The translations under genes and the position numbers were made by a program. A stretch of DNA of 64,000 bases, taken from positions 736,001 through 800,000 of the forward strand of contig OY762463.1 of the NCBI GenBank assembly GCA_963665815.1, in the 5' to 3' direction. Shown here in pieces: positions 49,308 through 59,039 of the stretch. Source of the stretch: Candidatus Cloacimonadales bacterium (lineage in GTDB: Bacteria; Cloacimonadota; Cloacimonadia; Cloacimonadales; JAIOQZ01). Position 1 is the first letter of the stretch. The number at the start of each line of letters is the position of its first letter. A model generated the notes under the pieces. The model was not told the DNA's origin and made no database searches. It worked only from the letters and a program-made list of their open reading frames with translations.

Positions 49308-51239
49308 CTACTTTTGTTTTTTTATCACATTATATAGCCTATTAATATCTGCATTATTTGCATCTACATTTGCTCTGTAGTTCTCAAGCAAATCCAGAGC
49401 TTCTTCTTCTCTATTAGTTATTACATACAGAACAGCCAGATTGTTATGTGCTTCATCCCTGTCCGGTTTAATCTCTATTGCTCTCTGATAATGCTTTTCT
49501 GCTTTATCATACTCTTTCATGCTTTGGTATAGATTAGCCAGATTGTAATGTGATGAATCCTTGTCCAGTTTAATCTCTATTGCTCTTTGATAATGCTTTT
49601 CTGCTTTATCATACTCTTTCAGATCAGCATACAGAACAGCCAGATTGTAATGTGCTTCATACATGTCCGGTTTAATCTCTATTGCTCTAAGATAATGCTT
49701 TTCTGCTTTATCATACTCTTTCTTGTCTTGGTATAGAAGACCCAGATTGTAATGTGCTTCAAGCATGTCCGGTTTAATCTCTATTGCTCTCAGATAATGC
49801 TTTTCTGCTTTATCATACTCTTTCAGATCAATGTATAGATTTGCCAGATTGTAATGTGCTTCATCCTTGTCCGGTTTAATCTCTATTGCTCTCAGAAAAT
49901 GCTTTTCTGCTTTGTAATACTCTTTCAGATCAGCATACAGATTAGCCAGATTGTTATGTGCTTCATCCTTGTCCGGTTTAATCTCTATTGCTCTAAGATA
50001 ATGCTTTTCTGCTTTATCATACTCTTTCAGATCACCATACAGAACAGCCAGATTGTTATGAGCTTCATACATGTCCGGTTTAATCTCTATTGCTCTCAGG
50101 TAGTGCTTTTCTGCTTTGTAATACTCTTTCAGATCAGCATAAAGAACAGCCAGATTGTAATGTGCTTCATACATGTCCGGTTTAATCTCTATTGCTCTCA
50201 GAAAATGCTTTTCTGCTTTGTAATACTCTTTCAGATCAGCATACAGATTAGCCAGATTGTAATGTGCTTCATCCTTGTCCGGTTTAATCTCTATTGCTCT
50301 CAGATAATGCTTTTCTGCTTTATCATACTCTTTCTTGTCTTGGTATAGAAGACCCAGATTGTTATGTGCTAAACCATTGTCCGGATTAATCTCTATTGCT
50401 CTCAGATAATGCTTTTCTGCTTTATCATACTCTTTCAGATCACCATACAGAACAGCCAGATTGTTATGTGCATCATCCTTGTCCGGATTAATCTCTATTG
50501 CTTTAGTGTAGTAGAGTTCAGCTTTGCCTGTATTGCCTTTGTTCTGTGCTTCACATGCTCTGGCAAACCATACATCAGAGTTATCTGGATTATCTAATAC
50601 TAATTTCTCCAGCTCTAAATCAAGTTTCTCATAATCATCTTTATATTTTTGTATTATCTCAATAATTTTGTACATAATGTCATCTTCAGATATTCCTATA
50701 TGATCCAGAAGTGTTCTGAAGTTTTCATTCTTTAATTTCTTATAAGTAAGATATTTCCTGCTGCACAGCTCCTCTAAGAAAGTATTGATCTCGTTCTGGA
50801 TCAACTGATAGTGTTTCAGTTTTACTGAGAATTCAGCATTTGCCGACATTGGTATATCACGCATTTTTTCTTCATGAGCTCTACATTGCTCAGCCCAATA
50901 TTTAACAAGTTTAAACCTATAATCATCCGTGAGAAAATCTGAGTCCTTTTCCTTAATTATTATAGGGAGAATCTTATCCCAGGAATCTTGCTCTTTTCTC
51001 ACTTCAAGGATCTCATACAGGCAATAGTATGAATGCAGATACTCATTACTTATCAGTAGTAATGCATGATCCTTCTCCCTAATTGAATCCATGAATTTCT
51101 TGAAGCTTTGCTTATACTTCACATCCCTTATGTCTCTATTGACTGTTATAGGTAAAGATTTAAATATATTGTCAATTTCATCTGCAATTTCTTCGTTCTT
51201 TGAGCAGTAAGATAGAAACATTGTCTTTTGTTCTGACAT
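49308..51239 (-). CDS. TIR domain + TPR repeat protein
   Basis: MFLSYCSKN...RDIRD...SFKKFMDSI...LLLISNEYLHSYYCLYEIL (TIR, conserved Glu), followed by ten near-identical 34-aa TPRs. Confidence 0.9.
   Translation of the reverse strand: MSEQKTMFLSYCSKNEEIADEIDNIFKSLPITVNRDIRDVKYKQSFKKFMDSIREKDHALLLISNEYLHSYYCLYEILEVRKEQDSWDKILPIIIKEKDSDFLTDDYRFKLVKYWAEQCRAHEEKMRDIPMSANAEFSVKLKHYQLIQNEINTFLEELCSRKYLTYKKLKNENFRTLLDHIGISEDDIMYKIIEIIQKYKDDYEKLDLELEKLVLDNPDNSDVWFARACEAQNKGNTGKAELYYTKAIEINPDKDDAHNNLAVLYGDLKEYDKAEKHYLRAIEINPDNGLAHNNLGLLYQDKKEYDKAEKHYLRAIEIKPDKDEAHYNLANLYADLKEYYKAEKHFLRAIEIKPDMYEAHYNLAVLYADLKEYYKAEKHYLRAIEIKPDMYEAHNNLAVLYGDLKEYDKAEKHYLRAIEIKPDKDEAHNNLANLYADLKEYYKAEKHFLRAIEIKPDKDEAHYNLANLYIDLKEYDKAEKHYLRAIEIKPDMLEAHYNLGLLYQDKKEYDKAEKHYLRAIEIKPDMYEAHYNLAVLYADLKEYDKAEKHYQRAIEIKLDKDSSHYNLANLYQSMKEYDKAEKHYQRAIEIKPDRDEAHNNLAVLYVITNREEEALDLLENYRANVDANNADINRLYNVIKKQK
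49430..50500 (-). repeat. Coding tandem repeat, ~10 x 102 bp (TPR units)
   Basis: The blocks TTAATCTCTATTGCTCT and TGCTTTTCTGCTTT recur every 102 bp. Confidence 0.92.
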
Positions 51240-51292
51240 GGTGGACTCCCTGATATTCTGTGCTTATGCCATTAATAAGTAATGAAACACAA

Positions 51293-51336
51293 ACTTGTCA
51301 ACACATTTCCAAAAGTTCGCAAAAATTACAGAGAAA
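51293..51336. promoter_or_regulatory. Dispersed promoter-like module, copy B (upstream of the TIR-TPR gene)
   Basis: ACTTGTCAACACATTTCCAAAAGTTCGCAAAAATTACAGAGAAA; minus-strand TTGACA points toward the TIR-TPR gene. Confidence 0.6.
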
Positions 51337-51509
51337 TACAGTCAAAATGTCCTCATTATACAATAAAGTCAATTATGTAAACTATTTACAGCACGCCACG
51401 AAACAGCCTATAACAACAAAAACAGGCGTTTTACCGCCTGTTAGAGTTCTTTTCTACTCCGGTATGTTAACTTATATTAACATTTATTAACTAAATAGAC
51501 TGGAATTAA

Positions 51510-51728
51510 CTATTCTAAATCTTTTAACTCGTATTTGCTGCTTAAGAAGACAACACCATGCATATAAATATCTAAATCATCTTCAGATAGTTGATGATGA
51601 TGATTCTTTAATGTGGTTTTTAATGATTTCCAGTGTTTCAGTCTTTCTGCGTTTGAAAGACTATCTAAATACTTCTCAAAACAAATTTTATAAGGCTTCT
51701 TGTCTCTTCTTCTATCTTCCACTCTCAC
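51510..51728 (-). CDS. Small hypothetical protein
   Basis: 72-aa ORF, GTG start after GAGG/AAGGA, with a hairpin at 51421-51443 downstream. Confidence 0.5.
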   Translation of the reverse strand: MRVEDRRRDKKPYKICFEKYLDSLSNAERLKHWKSLKTTLKNHHHQLSEDDLDIYMHGVVFLSSKYELKDLE

Positions 51729-51782
51729 TCCCTTCCCTCATAAAAGACATACCCTATTACAAAAGCTTGTCCATTTCTCTAC

Positions 51783-51842
51783 ACTTGTCAACATATTTCC
51801 AAAAGTTCGCAATAATTCCAGAGAATTTTTATATTGACGACA
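51783..51842. promoter_or_regulatory. Dispersed promoter-like module, copy C (between divergent genes)
   Basis: ACTTGTCAACATATTTCCAAAAGTTCGCAATAATTCCAGAGAATTTTTATATTGACGACA, with outward-facing TTGACA (minus) and TTGACG (plus). Confidence 0.6.
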
Positions 51843-51913
51843 GTTCACAAATTATGTTGACAGCTTTCAATCTACCATTTATAAACCGGATCACCACAAC
51901 ACGGAGGAAAAAT

Positions 51914-52522
51914 ATGAAAAAGAGTGTATTAATAATTTGTATTATGTCCATAGTATCACTTGTTTGTGCTTATAACATCGAACTAAAAAGCGGAGAAACT
52001 ATCAAGGATGTAGACATCCTGGGTAAAGAGTCTGACAAGCTATATATTATTCATAATAAAAGGATTGTAATGATTAATTATAATGATGTATCTGCAATTT
52101 GGAGTTATGGTGTTAATAAAAAGAAAAACTGGGATGAGAGAGATTTAGAGGTCAGTGCAGAGCTGAAATCTAAGGCTAAAAATATCGATTTCTCTGAATC
52201 CGGTATAGACGATGAGCTGAGTAATATTGGTAAATACCATATAAAGGTTAACTATTTGAATGCTGCCTTTACAATAGGCTTTGCTGTCTTGGCTTATGAC
52301 AAGTTTTCGGAAGCCGGAGACTATAATGATTTAGCTGACATATATGGTGATCTCGGAAATGATAAGCTAAAAGATAAGATGGAAGATCAGGCAAGTAAGG
52401 CTACTACAAGAGGAGTTGTTTTTGCAGGTGTTGCCGTTGTTGGAGCTTTTAATACTTTTGAAAAAGTCCGAGTACAGGTCGAACCGGATAAGGTTGCTGT
52501 TACTTACAGCATTAAATTTTAA
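51914..52522 (+). CDS. Secreted/membrane hypothetical protein
   Basis: ATG 51914 follows GGAGGA; signal peptide MKKSVLIICIMSIVSLVCA; ends in Phe (YSIKF). Confidence 0.75.
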   Translation: MKKSVLIICIMSIVSLVCAYNIELKSGETIKDVDILGKESDKLYIIHNKRIVMINYNDVSAIWSYGVNKKKNWDERDLEVSAELKSKAKNIDFSESGIDDELSNIGKYHIKVNYLNAAFTIGFAVLAYDKFSEAGDYNDLADIYGDLGNDKLKDKMEDQASKATTRGVVFAGVAVVGAFNTFEKVRVQVEPDKVAVTYSIKF

Positions 52523-52528
52523 CTCACC

Positions 52529-52554
52529 AAGCCCACTTCACCAGGTGGGCTTTT
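52529..52554 (+). terminator. Rho-independent terminator
   Basis: AAGCCCACTT-CACC-AGGTGGGCTT followed by Ts. Confidence 0.8.
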
Positions 52555-52649
52555 CTTATCCCATCTCTCCCCCCAATCACAGCATCCCTGCTCAATAAAC
52601 TTGACAATTGTATCATTATAGTTACATATTGTACCGTTAAGGAGAATAT

Positions 52650-55600
52650 ATGGATTATAATATTGTCAGACAGATTGGTGAAGGGGCTTTTTCAGAAGTA
52701 TTCCTCGTGGAGAAAGATAACACACAATACATACTTAAACGTTTCCGCAGTAAAGATATAAAAGAAGCTGAAAGAGAATTTCTTTTTCTCAAAATGATTA
52801 ACTCTTCCCATGTACCGGAAGCAGTCGAGATTGTGAAAGATGAGTATCCGGGAATTATCGAGGAGTATATTGCAGGAACTTCTCTCGAGGTTTATCTGAA
52901 AGAGAATCCGGATAAAAAAGCCATTCTGCAGGTCAGACTGTGCGAAGTGCTTTCGGAAATCCATTCCTTTGGCATCTGCCTTAACGATATAAAGCCCGAC
53001 AATATCATAATCCGTAACGACATCCCTGTGTTTATTGACTTCGGGCTGGCAACCCTGAATAATTTCTGGGACAAACGTATTAGAGGATCTATCTCCTATT
53101 CCTCACCGGAAAAGCTGAAAAAACAGATTAACACACAGGCATCCGATGTATTTTCCCTGGGACTTGTGCTATACTATACAGATACACTAAAACATTTTGC
53201 CGATAACTTTGAACCTGCCGAATATCAGAGCATTCTGGCTGATAATACCAGATGGAGCGAAGCAAGAGACAGATTTATTTCAAATCCTGTTATTGCCGAA
53301 CTGACAGACTATACTCCTGACAACCGACCTTCGGCTATTTCCCTTTTCCTGAGTATAGCAGAAAAAACCGGTTATGATATCGGAGAAAGCAGTTTCAATC
53401 TGCTTAAGTCCTATGTATTCACCTGTCACCAGAAAGCCTTGTCAATATTGAAGAGAAATCGTAAACTTACTATTACAGCAGAGGACGAACCGGATATTAT
53501 CACCAGTTTGTTTATCACCAAAGAAATCTCCGAGAATAACAAAGTTGCAGTGATTGATGAAGAATTGTTTACCTATAACACCGAACTGTTTATGTCAAGA
53601 TTGAGAGATATTGTTGAGTTCAAAGATGCTAATGAGAAAAACCTGATTGATATGCTGATTGCTTCGGAATTCAAGATATTGCTGATCACAAAAAATAATC
53701 TTGAAGGCTTTTTCTACCGGCTTCACTCAAATAAAAACACTTATATTCTTATGATGTCCGAAACTGTCAGCGAAGCACCACTGGTAGATGAAGAAGAATT
53801 GAAAGAGCTTTCTGAAAGATTTAGCTCAGATATTGACTTTGATCTTTTTAAGGGAGTTAAACCGCTATCTGCCAAAAAGATATTCGAGAAACAGGATTCA
53901 GACAGCAATGAATATATACAAGATATTGAACAGTTTACCAGGCTATACAATTTCTTCCGGCTACCCATACCTTTGAAACTCTTTCAGAAACTTTTCTCCA
54001 ACTGGGCAGGCTTACTGAAATTTATGCTGAGCAATTCGATTGTCATTATATCTGAAAATGCCATATCTCTGAAATCCACAGGTGATAACAGTTTAGAGCT
54101 GAATTTAAGTGACATAGAACTAGTGGAATCAATCTTCCATGGCTGGGAAGCCGATATGCTGAAGACGGTTTATTATGTAAAAACAGATGAAACTGACAAA
54201 GCTGTTCAATCAACTCTGGATTACTTCAAAAATCTTGCAGACAGACAACTTTATATGCAGATTTACTTTTCTTACAGTCAAATTGGAAATATTTCAGATT
54301 CAATATTCTTAGATTACTTTTTAGGAAAACTTAGTGCTTCATCCATCAGCCATGCAGGTTTTAAAGAAGAAGCTCTAAAGCTGTACGGCAAATTGAGTGA
54401 AACATTAGAAGGCAATCAAAAGGCCACAATAGCAATGGATAAGGCAAAAGTTTTACAAGAATTGCACAAGTGGGATCAAGCAGAAAAGGAATATGCGATT
54501 GCAACTGGTATCTTCAATGTTTCAGGTAATACAATGGGACAAATACGTATTGCAAATAATCTTGGGGCAATGTACACAACCAATAAAGATTACAAAAAAG
54601 CTCAATTTAATTTATATAGGGTAATTGAATTGAGTGATTTAATTTCGGATATTGTTAAGCAAAATATCTACAGAATGGTTGCGTATTATAATCTTGCTGA
54701 GTTATGTCTTTTTAATGGTTTATGGAAAAAAAGTATTCAACTGACAAAAAAATCTCTTGAGCTTGCTATCCGAGATAAAAATAAAGCTATCCAGAATTAT
54801 TGTGATTCTAACCTTCTGACAGCAATGCTTGCCGATGGTCAACTAGAAGGTACTTCAGAACTGGCTTCTGAACTAATCACTGCTATAGAGCACGAACAAG
54901 AACGAGACACTGCAGACTTTATGTTAGCAAAAGTACTCTTTTGGTCAAATATTAATGATCATGATAAATATTTTAAACTCATAGAAAGCAATATCGATAG
55001 ACTTAATAATACCATTTCAAAAGAGCTTTTAACAGAGTTCTTCTTCTATGCACTTAAGGCTATGAATGTTAATACACTTATCAAGATTACTGAGATAATG
55101 CCCGATATCCAGTATAGAAATATAATAATGGCAGTAATTGAGAAAGACAATGATAGAATTCTGGATACTTTACGTCAGTTTGCATCAAATGATGATATTT
55201 TTCAGTTTCTACATATTTCTTATTATTTGATCAAGTATGAATTAATCGATCATGGTAGTAAAACTGAAAATTATATTAACGATTTTCTTGAATACAACGA
55301 ATTCTATCCAATCAAACAAATTCAGCAAAAAGAAACTGATAACAATACAAGTAGCGGAATATTCTGGGATGCATTTTCCAGGATACAAGCTCAAACAGAT
55401 TTTGAATCAATTGCAATGGAAACCTTAAAAAGCATTCTCAAAGTCGGTAATTTGGAAAGAGCTATTTTCTTCGGATATAAAAAAGGAGAATTCATTACCG
55501 AGCTCTGCATAAATGACCAGATGGATATTCTGCCAAAAGAGAACATGAAGGTCAGCAAAACAATCCTCATGGAGACCGTTCAGGAAAAGAAGATGATGTA

Positions 55601-56822
55601 CTATTTCAACTTACAGGAAGATACACCATTTGACCTACACTCCAGTATTTTTGGGTTAGGACTGAGAACTGCAATATGCTACCCGGTTATAATAAACAAA
55701 ACAACAAAAGGTGTTATATATTCTGATGCCCAGTCAGACAGAACATTCAGTGATGAAGAGAAAAAAATGCTGGAAACATTCCTGATGCTTTGCGAGTCTA
55801 TCATGGAAAAGAACCAGCTTCTCGATGATATAAATAATCCTGTTCTTTCCTCTGCAAACTTCAGTACACCTAATCAATATTATGAGATTATCGGGACAAG
55901 CAGAAAGATGCAGAAAGTATTTTCTCTGATGAATGTAGTCGCTAAACACAATGTAAATGTACTTATCACCGGAGAAACAGGTTCGGGTAAAGAACTTATT
56001 GCCAGAGCATTGCATAAGGATTACACCAAGTCTGCCCCGTTTGTTGCCGTGAACTGTGCAGCCATACCGGAAAACCTTTTGGAAAGTGAATTATTCGGTT
56101 ATGTAAAAGGAGCTTTCACCGGAGCTGTGCAAAATAAGATGGGTAAACTTGAACTGGCTAATAATGGAACTCTCTTTCTCGATGAAATCGGAGATATGCC
56201 GTTCCAGTTACAGGCTAAACTACTACGGGTAATTCAGGAACGAGAATTTACACCTGTTGGAGATGTGAAGCCAAAACCGGTTTCAGTTAGAATAATTTCC
56301 GCAACGAACAGGAAGCTGGAAGAAATGGTCAGTTCGAACGAGTTCAGGCAGGATCTGCTTTTCAGACTGAAAGTGTTCGAAATAGAAATCCCACCATTGA
56401 GAGAGAGAAAAGATGATATCCCACTTCTTATACATCACTTTATTAAACTTAACAACAACAAATTCGGGAAATCCATTAAAGGTATTTCAGCTGATGCCGT
56501 ATCCATGCTCCAGAGCAGAGAATGGAAAGGTAATGTCAGAGAGTTACAGAATGAAATCGAAAAAGCATCAATCCTCTGTCAGGCAGATGTGATATCGGAG
56601 GAACAATTTCTCAATCCATCAAACAGTAACGGATTTAACCTTATAGATGAAATGCCTGACAAATGGGCTGATTTCCTCAATTATAAAAGGAACATTACTC
56701 GAAAATTGGATAAGATATATATTGATAAAATATTAAAGACTACAGAAGGCAATATATCTCAGGCAGGTAAACTCTCAGGGATACCGAGAAATCAGATATA
56801 CAGGATAATGAAACTTTCTTGA
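52650..56822 (+). CDS. Ser/Thr kinase + TPR + GAF + sigma54-dependent enhancer-binding protein (Fis-type HTH)
   Basis: IGEGAFSEV, ILKRF, NDIKPDN, DFG, YSSPE (Hanks kinase); TPR ANNLGAMY/YYNLAEL; GAF GLRTAICYP...GVIYSD; GETGSGKE, GAFTGA, FLDEIGD, WKGNVREL; HTH GNISQAGKLSGI. Confidence 0.93.
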   Translation: MDYNIVRQIGEGAFSEVFLVEKDNTQYILKRFRSKDIKEAEREFLFLKMINSSHVPEAVEIVKDEYPGIIEEYIAGTSLEVYLKENPDKKAILQVRLCEVLSEIHSFGICLNDIKPDNIIIRNDIPVFIDFGLATLNNFWDKRIRGSISYSSPEKLKKQINTQASDVFSLGLVLYYTDTLKHFADNFEPAEYQSILADNTRWSEARDRFISNPVIAELTDYTPDNRPSAISLFLSIAEKTGYDIGESSFNLLKSYVFTCHQKALSILKRNRKLTITAEDEPDIITSLFITKEISENNKVAVIDEELFTYNTELFMSRLRDIVEFKDANEKNLIDMLIASEFKILLITKNNLEGFFYRLHSNKNTYILMMSETVSEAPLVDEEELKELSERFSSDIDFDLFKGVKPLSAKKIFEKQDSDSNEYIQDIEQFTRLYNFFRLPIPLKLFQKLFSNWAGLLKFMLSNSIVIISENAISLKSTGDNSLELNLSDIELVESIFHGWEADMLKTVYYVKTDETDKAVQSTLDYFKNLADRQLYMQIYFSYSQIGNISDSIFLDYFLGKLSASSISHAGFKEEALKLYGKLSETLEGNQKATIAMDKAKVLQELHKWDQAEKEYAIATGIFNVSGNTMGQIRIANNLGAMYTTNKDYKKAQFNLYRVIELSDLISDIVKQNIYRMVAYYNLAELCLFNGLWKKSIQLTKKSLELAIRDKNKAIQNYCDSNLLTAMLADGQLEGTSELASELITAIEHEQERDTADFMLAKVLFWSNINDHDKYFKLIESNIDRLNNTISKELLTEFFFYALKAMNVNTLIKITEIMPDIQYRNIIMAVIEKDNDRILDTLRQFASNDDIFQFLHISYYLIKYELIDHGSKTENYINDFLEYNEFYPIKQIQQKETDNNTSSGIFWDAFSRIQAQTDFESIAMETLKSILKVGNLERAIFFGYKKGEFITELCINDQMDILPKENMKVSKTILMETVQEKKMMYYFNLQEDTPFDLHSSIFGLGLRTAICYPVIINKTTKGVIYSDAQSDRTFSDEEKKMLETFLMLCESIMEKNQLLDDINNPVLSSANFSTPNQYYEIIGTSRKMQKVFSLMNVVAKHNVNVLITGETGSGKELIARALHKDYTKSAPFVAVNCAAIPENLLESELFGYVKGAFTGAVQNKMGKLELANNGTLFLDEIGDMPFQLQAKLLRVIQEREFTPVGDVKPKPVSVRIISATNRKLEEMVSSNEFRQDLLFRLKVFEIEIPPLRERKDDIPLLIHHFIKLNNNKFGKSIKGISADAVSMLQSREWKGNVRELQNEIEKASILCQADVISEEQFLNPSNSNGFNLIDEMPDKWADFLNYKRNITRKLDKIYIDKILKTTEGNISQAGKLSGIPRNQIYRIMKLS

Positions 56823-56828
56823 TACATA

Positions 56829-56937
56829 TGCTTCTTTTTTGTTACGTATTCTTTATACTCTATATTTGCAGTATATTATAATTTTTCTATAATTTTCTTT
56901 CAACACAAATATTCGAATGTGTTTCTTTTTTGTTACA
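56829..56937 (+). promoter_or_regulatory. Candidate upstream activator sequences (two copies)
   Basis: TGCTTCTTTTTTGTTACG (56829) and TGTTTCTTTTTTGTTACA (56920), 91 bp apart. The second has TGT-N12-ACA geometry. Confidence 0.5.
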
Positions 56938-57036
56938 GTTCAAACCTTAACATCAATAATCAGCCTAAGATAATAACTGTTTTATCTTGTTTATTAACAG
57001 CATGTTACATGCTAAGGCAACTTTCGTTTTCAGCAA

Positions 57037-57054
57037 TTGGAAGAGGATTTGCAA
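57037..57054 (+). promoter_or_regulatory. Sigma54 (-24/-12) promoter
   Basis: TTGG-AAGAGGATTT-GCAA has exact GG-N10-GC spacing with TTGCA. It lies ~55 nt before ATG 57107, directly after the bEBP gene. Confidence 0.75.
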
Positions 57055-57106
57055 TTAGGATGTGTGAAAATAATAGGCTTGTGATGAATTTTCAAAAGGA
57101 GTATCG

Positions 57107-58987
57107 ATGAAAAAGTTTATATTTGTACTAATACTAACAGCTTTGACCTTGTCATGTTTTTCGGCAAGCATATCTGGAAGAGTACTAACAGATAATGATG
57201 TTAATGGTATCCCCGGGATACGAGTTGCTTATATCGGTGACTCCCTGTTTACTATTCCCATGTTAGATAGTATATATAGTAATGGTATAAATATTGAAAA
57301 CTATATATTGGCTTATGATATTACAGACCAGAATGGGTATTATTCAATCCAGATAACTCCCGGAACTGAGGGAATTGTTGTTGCTCAGGACATTTTGAAT
57401 TTTCATTTTATGGAACAGTTCATAGGAATTGGTGAGGATTCAGTAAATGATTTTGAGAATGCCGGAATATTTGTTTTTGATGAAATGGATATCAACTTCA
57501 CTCAATTTGATTTTATGCTTCATACAATAAATCTTATTGGAAACAACACAATCTCCGGAACTATAACACCTCCGACAAACACAGCAGGGCTCAATATTGA
57601 ATTTGATGTAAGACTTGAGTATCTTCATTCACATGTATTACCACCTTACACATGTACTGTCAGTACCAATAGTCCTTCTTTTGCTTTTAATAATATAAGA
57701 GATGGTGTATATAGATTGAAAGTTTTCTCAAGGTTCAACCCAAACGGGAACTTCTATCATCGTAATGATACATTGATGTTTGCCAGATTAGCTGTCAGAG
57801 GAGGTCAAACAATTGACACAGTTAATGTTGAACTTCCAGACATACAGTATAATACTATTACATTCAGCGTTAATGATGATTCAGAAAATCCGCTATCTGA
57901 TGCTGAAGTAACACTTGTTTCTCTGAATTCAGACCTGAACTACAGCATCATTACAGATACAAACGGTTCAGCAGTTATTGATAATCTTATAAACGGAAGA
58001 TATACAATATCAGTAGAGAAGGATAATTTCCAGAGAACAGATAACTATGGTAACATTATTACTGTAAGCAATGATCAAAACTACACTTTCGAGATGTCCC
58101 CCGTACAGGTTTTTGATAACTCAATTTCCGGAGTAGTTTCAACAAGTCATGACTTTGTTGATCCTCCCACATTCCCGACAATGGCAATTGCCGTATCAAG
58201 TGATGATGAAGAGTCATGGGTAAGAACATCCACAGTTGGCGGTAGTACTGGTCAATTCGTTTTAAGAAATCTACCGTCAGATGATTACTATGTGTATGTT
58301 ATTTCCAGTGATGCTCCTCCAACATTCTTCCCTAATACCGATACATGGGAAACAGCCCAGACAGTTCTGGCCACTGGTGATGTAGAAAATATCGATGTAG
58401 TTATCACACCGGCAACAAACGAAGGATCATTCTCTGTTTCCGGTAATGTGATGGAGCAAAGCGGAAGAGCCCTAATATCTGAAGCATCTGTTATTCTATA
58501 TAATGATGATAATGTACCTGTAGGATTTTCAATAACAGGTGAAAATGGCAGATATTTTATAAATAATCTCAGATCAGGTAATTACACAAGAAAAGTTACA
58601 AAACTGAACTATAACAGTCAAAGTCAGCCATTCCAGTTACTGGGTAACAGTTCATGCGACTTGTTTATTCAGGAAACTCAAACAGCTAATGATAATGTAA
58701 ACATAGCGAGCGAAGCTATTGAACTGAGGTGCTACCCAAATCCGTTTAATCCGGAGACAACTATTGAGTATTCAATAAACAGAGATTCTAACGTCGAAAT
58801 TATAGTGTTTAATATCAAGGGACAGAAAGTGTACACTTTCCAACCTGAATTTAAAGAAAAAGGGATTCATAAAGTCAAATGGAGCGGAGTGTCAGACAGT
58901 AATCAACCTGTGGCTTCCGGAGTTTACTTCTATCAGCTTAAGACTGAGACAGAATCCAGAATCAGAAAAATGTTACTACTGAAATAA
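57107..58987 (+). CDS. Secreted carboxypeptidase-regulatory-like (transthyretin-like) repeat protein with C-terminal sorting domain
   Basis: Signal peptide; ISG.V...TD.NG.Y...L..G.Y repeats; CYPNPFNPET...KMLLLK. Confidence 0.85.
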   Translation: MKKFIFVLILTALTLSCFSASISGRVLTDNDVNGIPGIRVAYIGDSLFTIPMLDSIYSNGINIENYILAYDITDQNGYYSIQITPGTEGIVVAQDILNFHFMEQFIGIGEDSVNDFENAGIFVFDEMDINFTQFDFMLHTINLIGNNTISGTITPPTNTAGLNIEFDVRLEYLHSHVLPPYTCTVSTNSPSFAFNNIRDGVYRLKVFSRFNPNGNFYHRNDTLMFARLAVRGGQTIDTVNVELPDIQYNTITFSVNDDSENPLSDAEVTLVSLNSDLNYSIITDTNGSAVIDNLINGRYTISVEKDNFQRTDNYGNIITVSNDQNYTFEMSPVQVFDNSISGVVSTSHDFVDPPTFPTMAIAVSSDDEESWVRTSTVGGSTGQFVLRNLPSDDYYVYVISSDAPPTFFPNTDTWETAQTVLATGDVENIDVVITPATNEGSFSVSGNVMEQSGRALISEASVILYNDDNVPVGFSITGENGRYFINNLRSGNYTRKVTKLNYNSQSQPFQLLGNSSCDLFIQETQTANDNVNIASEAIELRCYPNPFNPETTIEYSINRDSNVEIIVFNIKGQKVYTFQPEFKEKGIHKVKWSGVSDSNQPVASGVYFYQLKTETESRIRKMLLLK

Positions 58988-59039
58988 GGGAATGAAAATG
59001 ACCTTAAAATTGATCAATACAAAGAGCAAAGGAGAAACT

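Noticed and set aside
49854-50348. 164-aa plus-strand repetitive ORF
   Set aside because: It is the antisense shadow of the TPR repeat array.
49430-50500. Diversity-generating retroelement acting on the TPR repeats
   Set aside because: There is no reverse transcriptase or separate template repeat in the window, and differences come in multi-base blocks rather than being adenine-specific.
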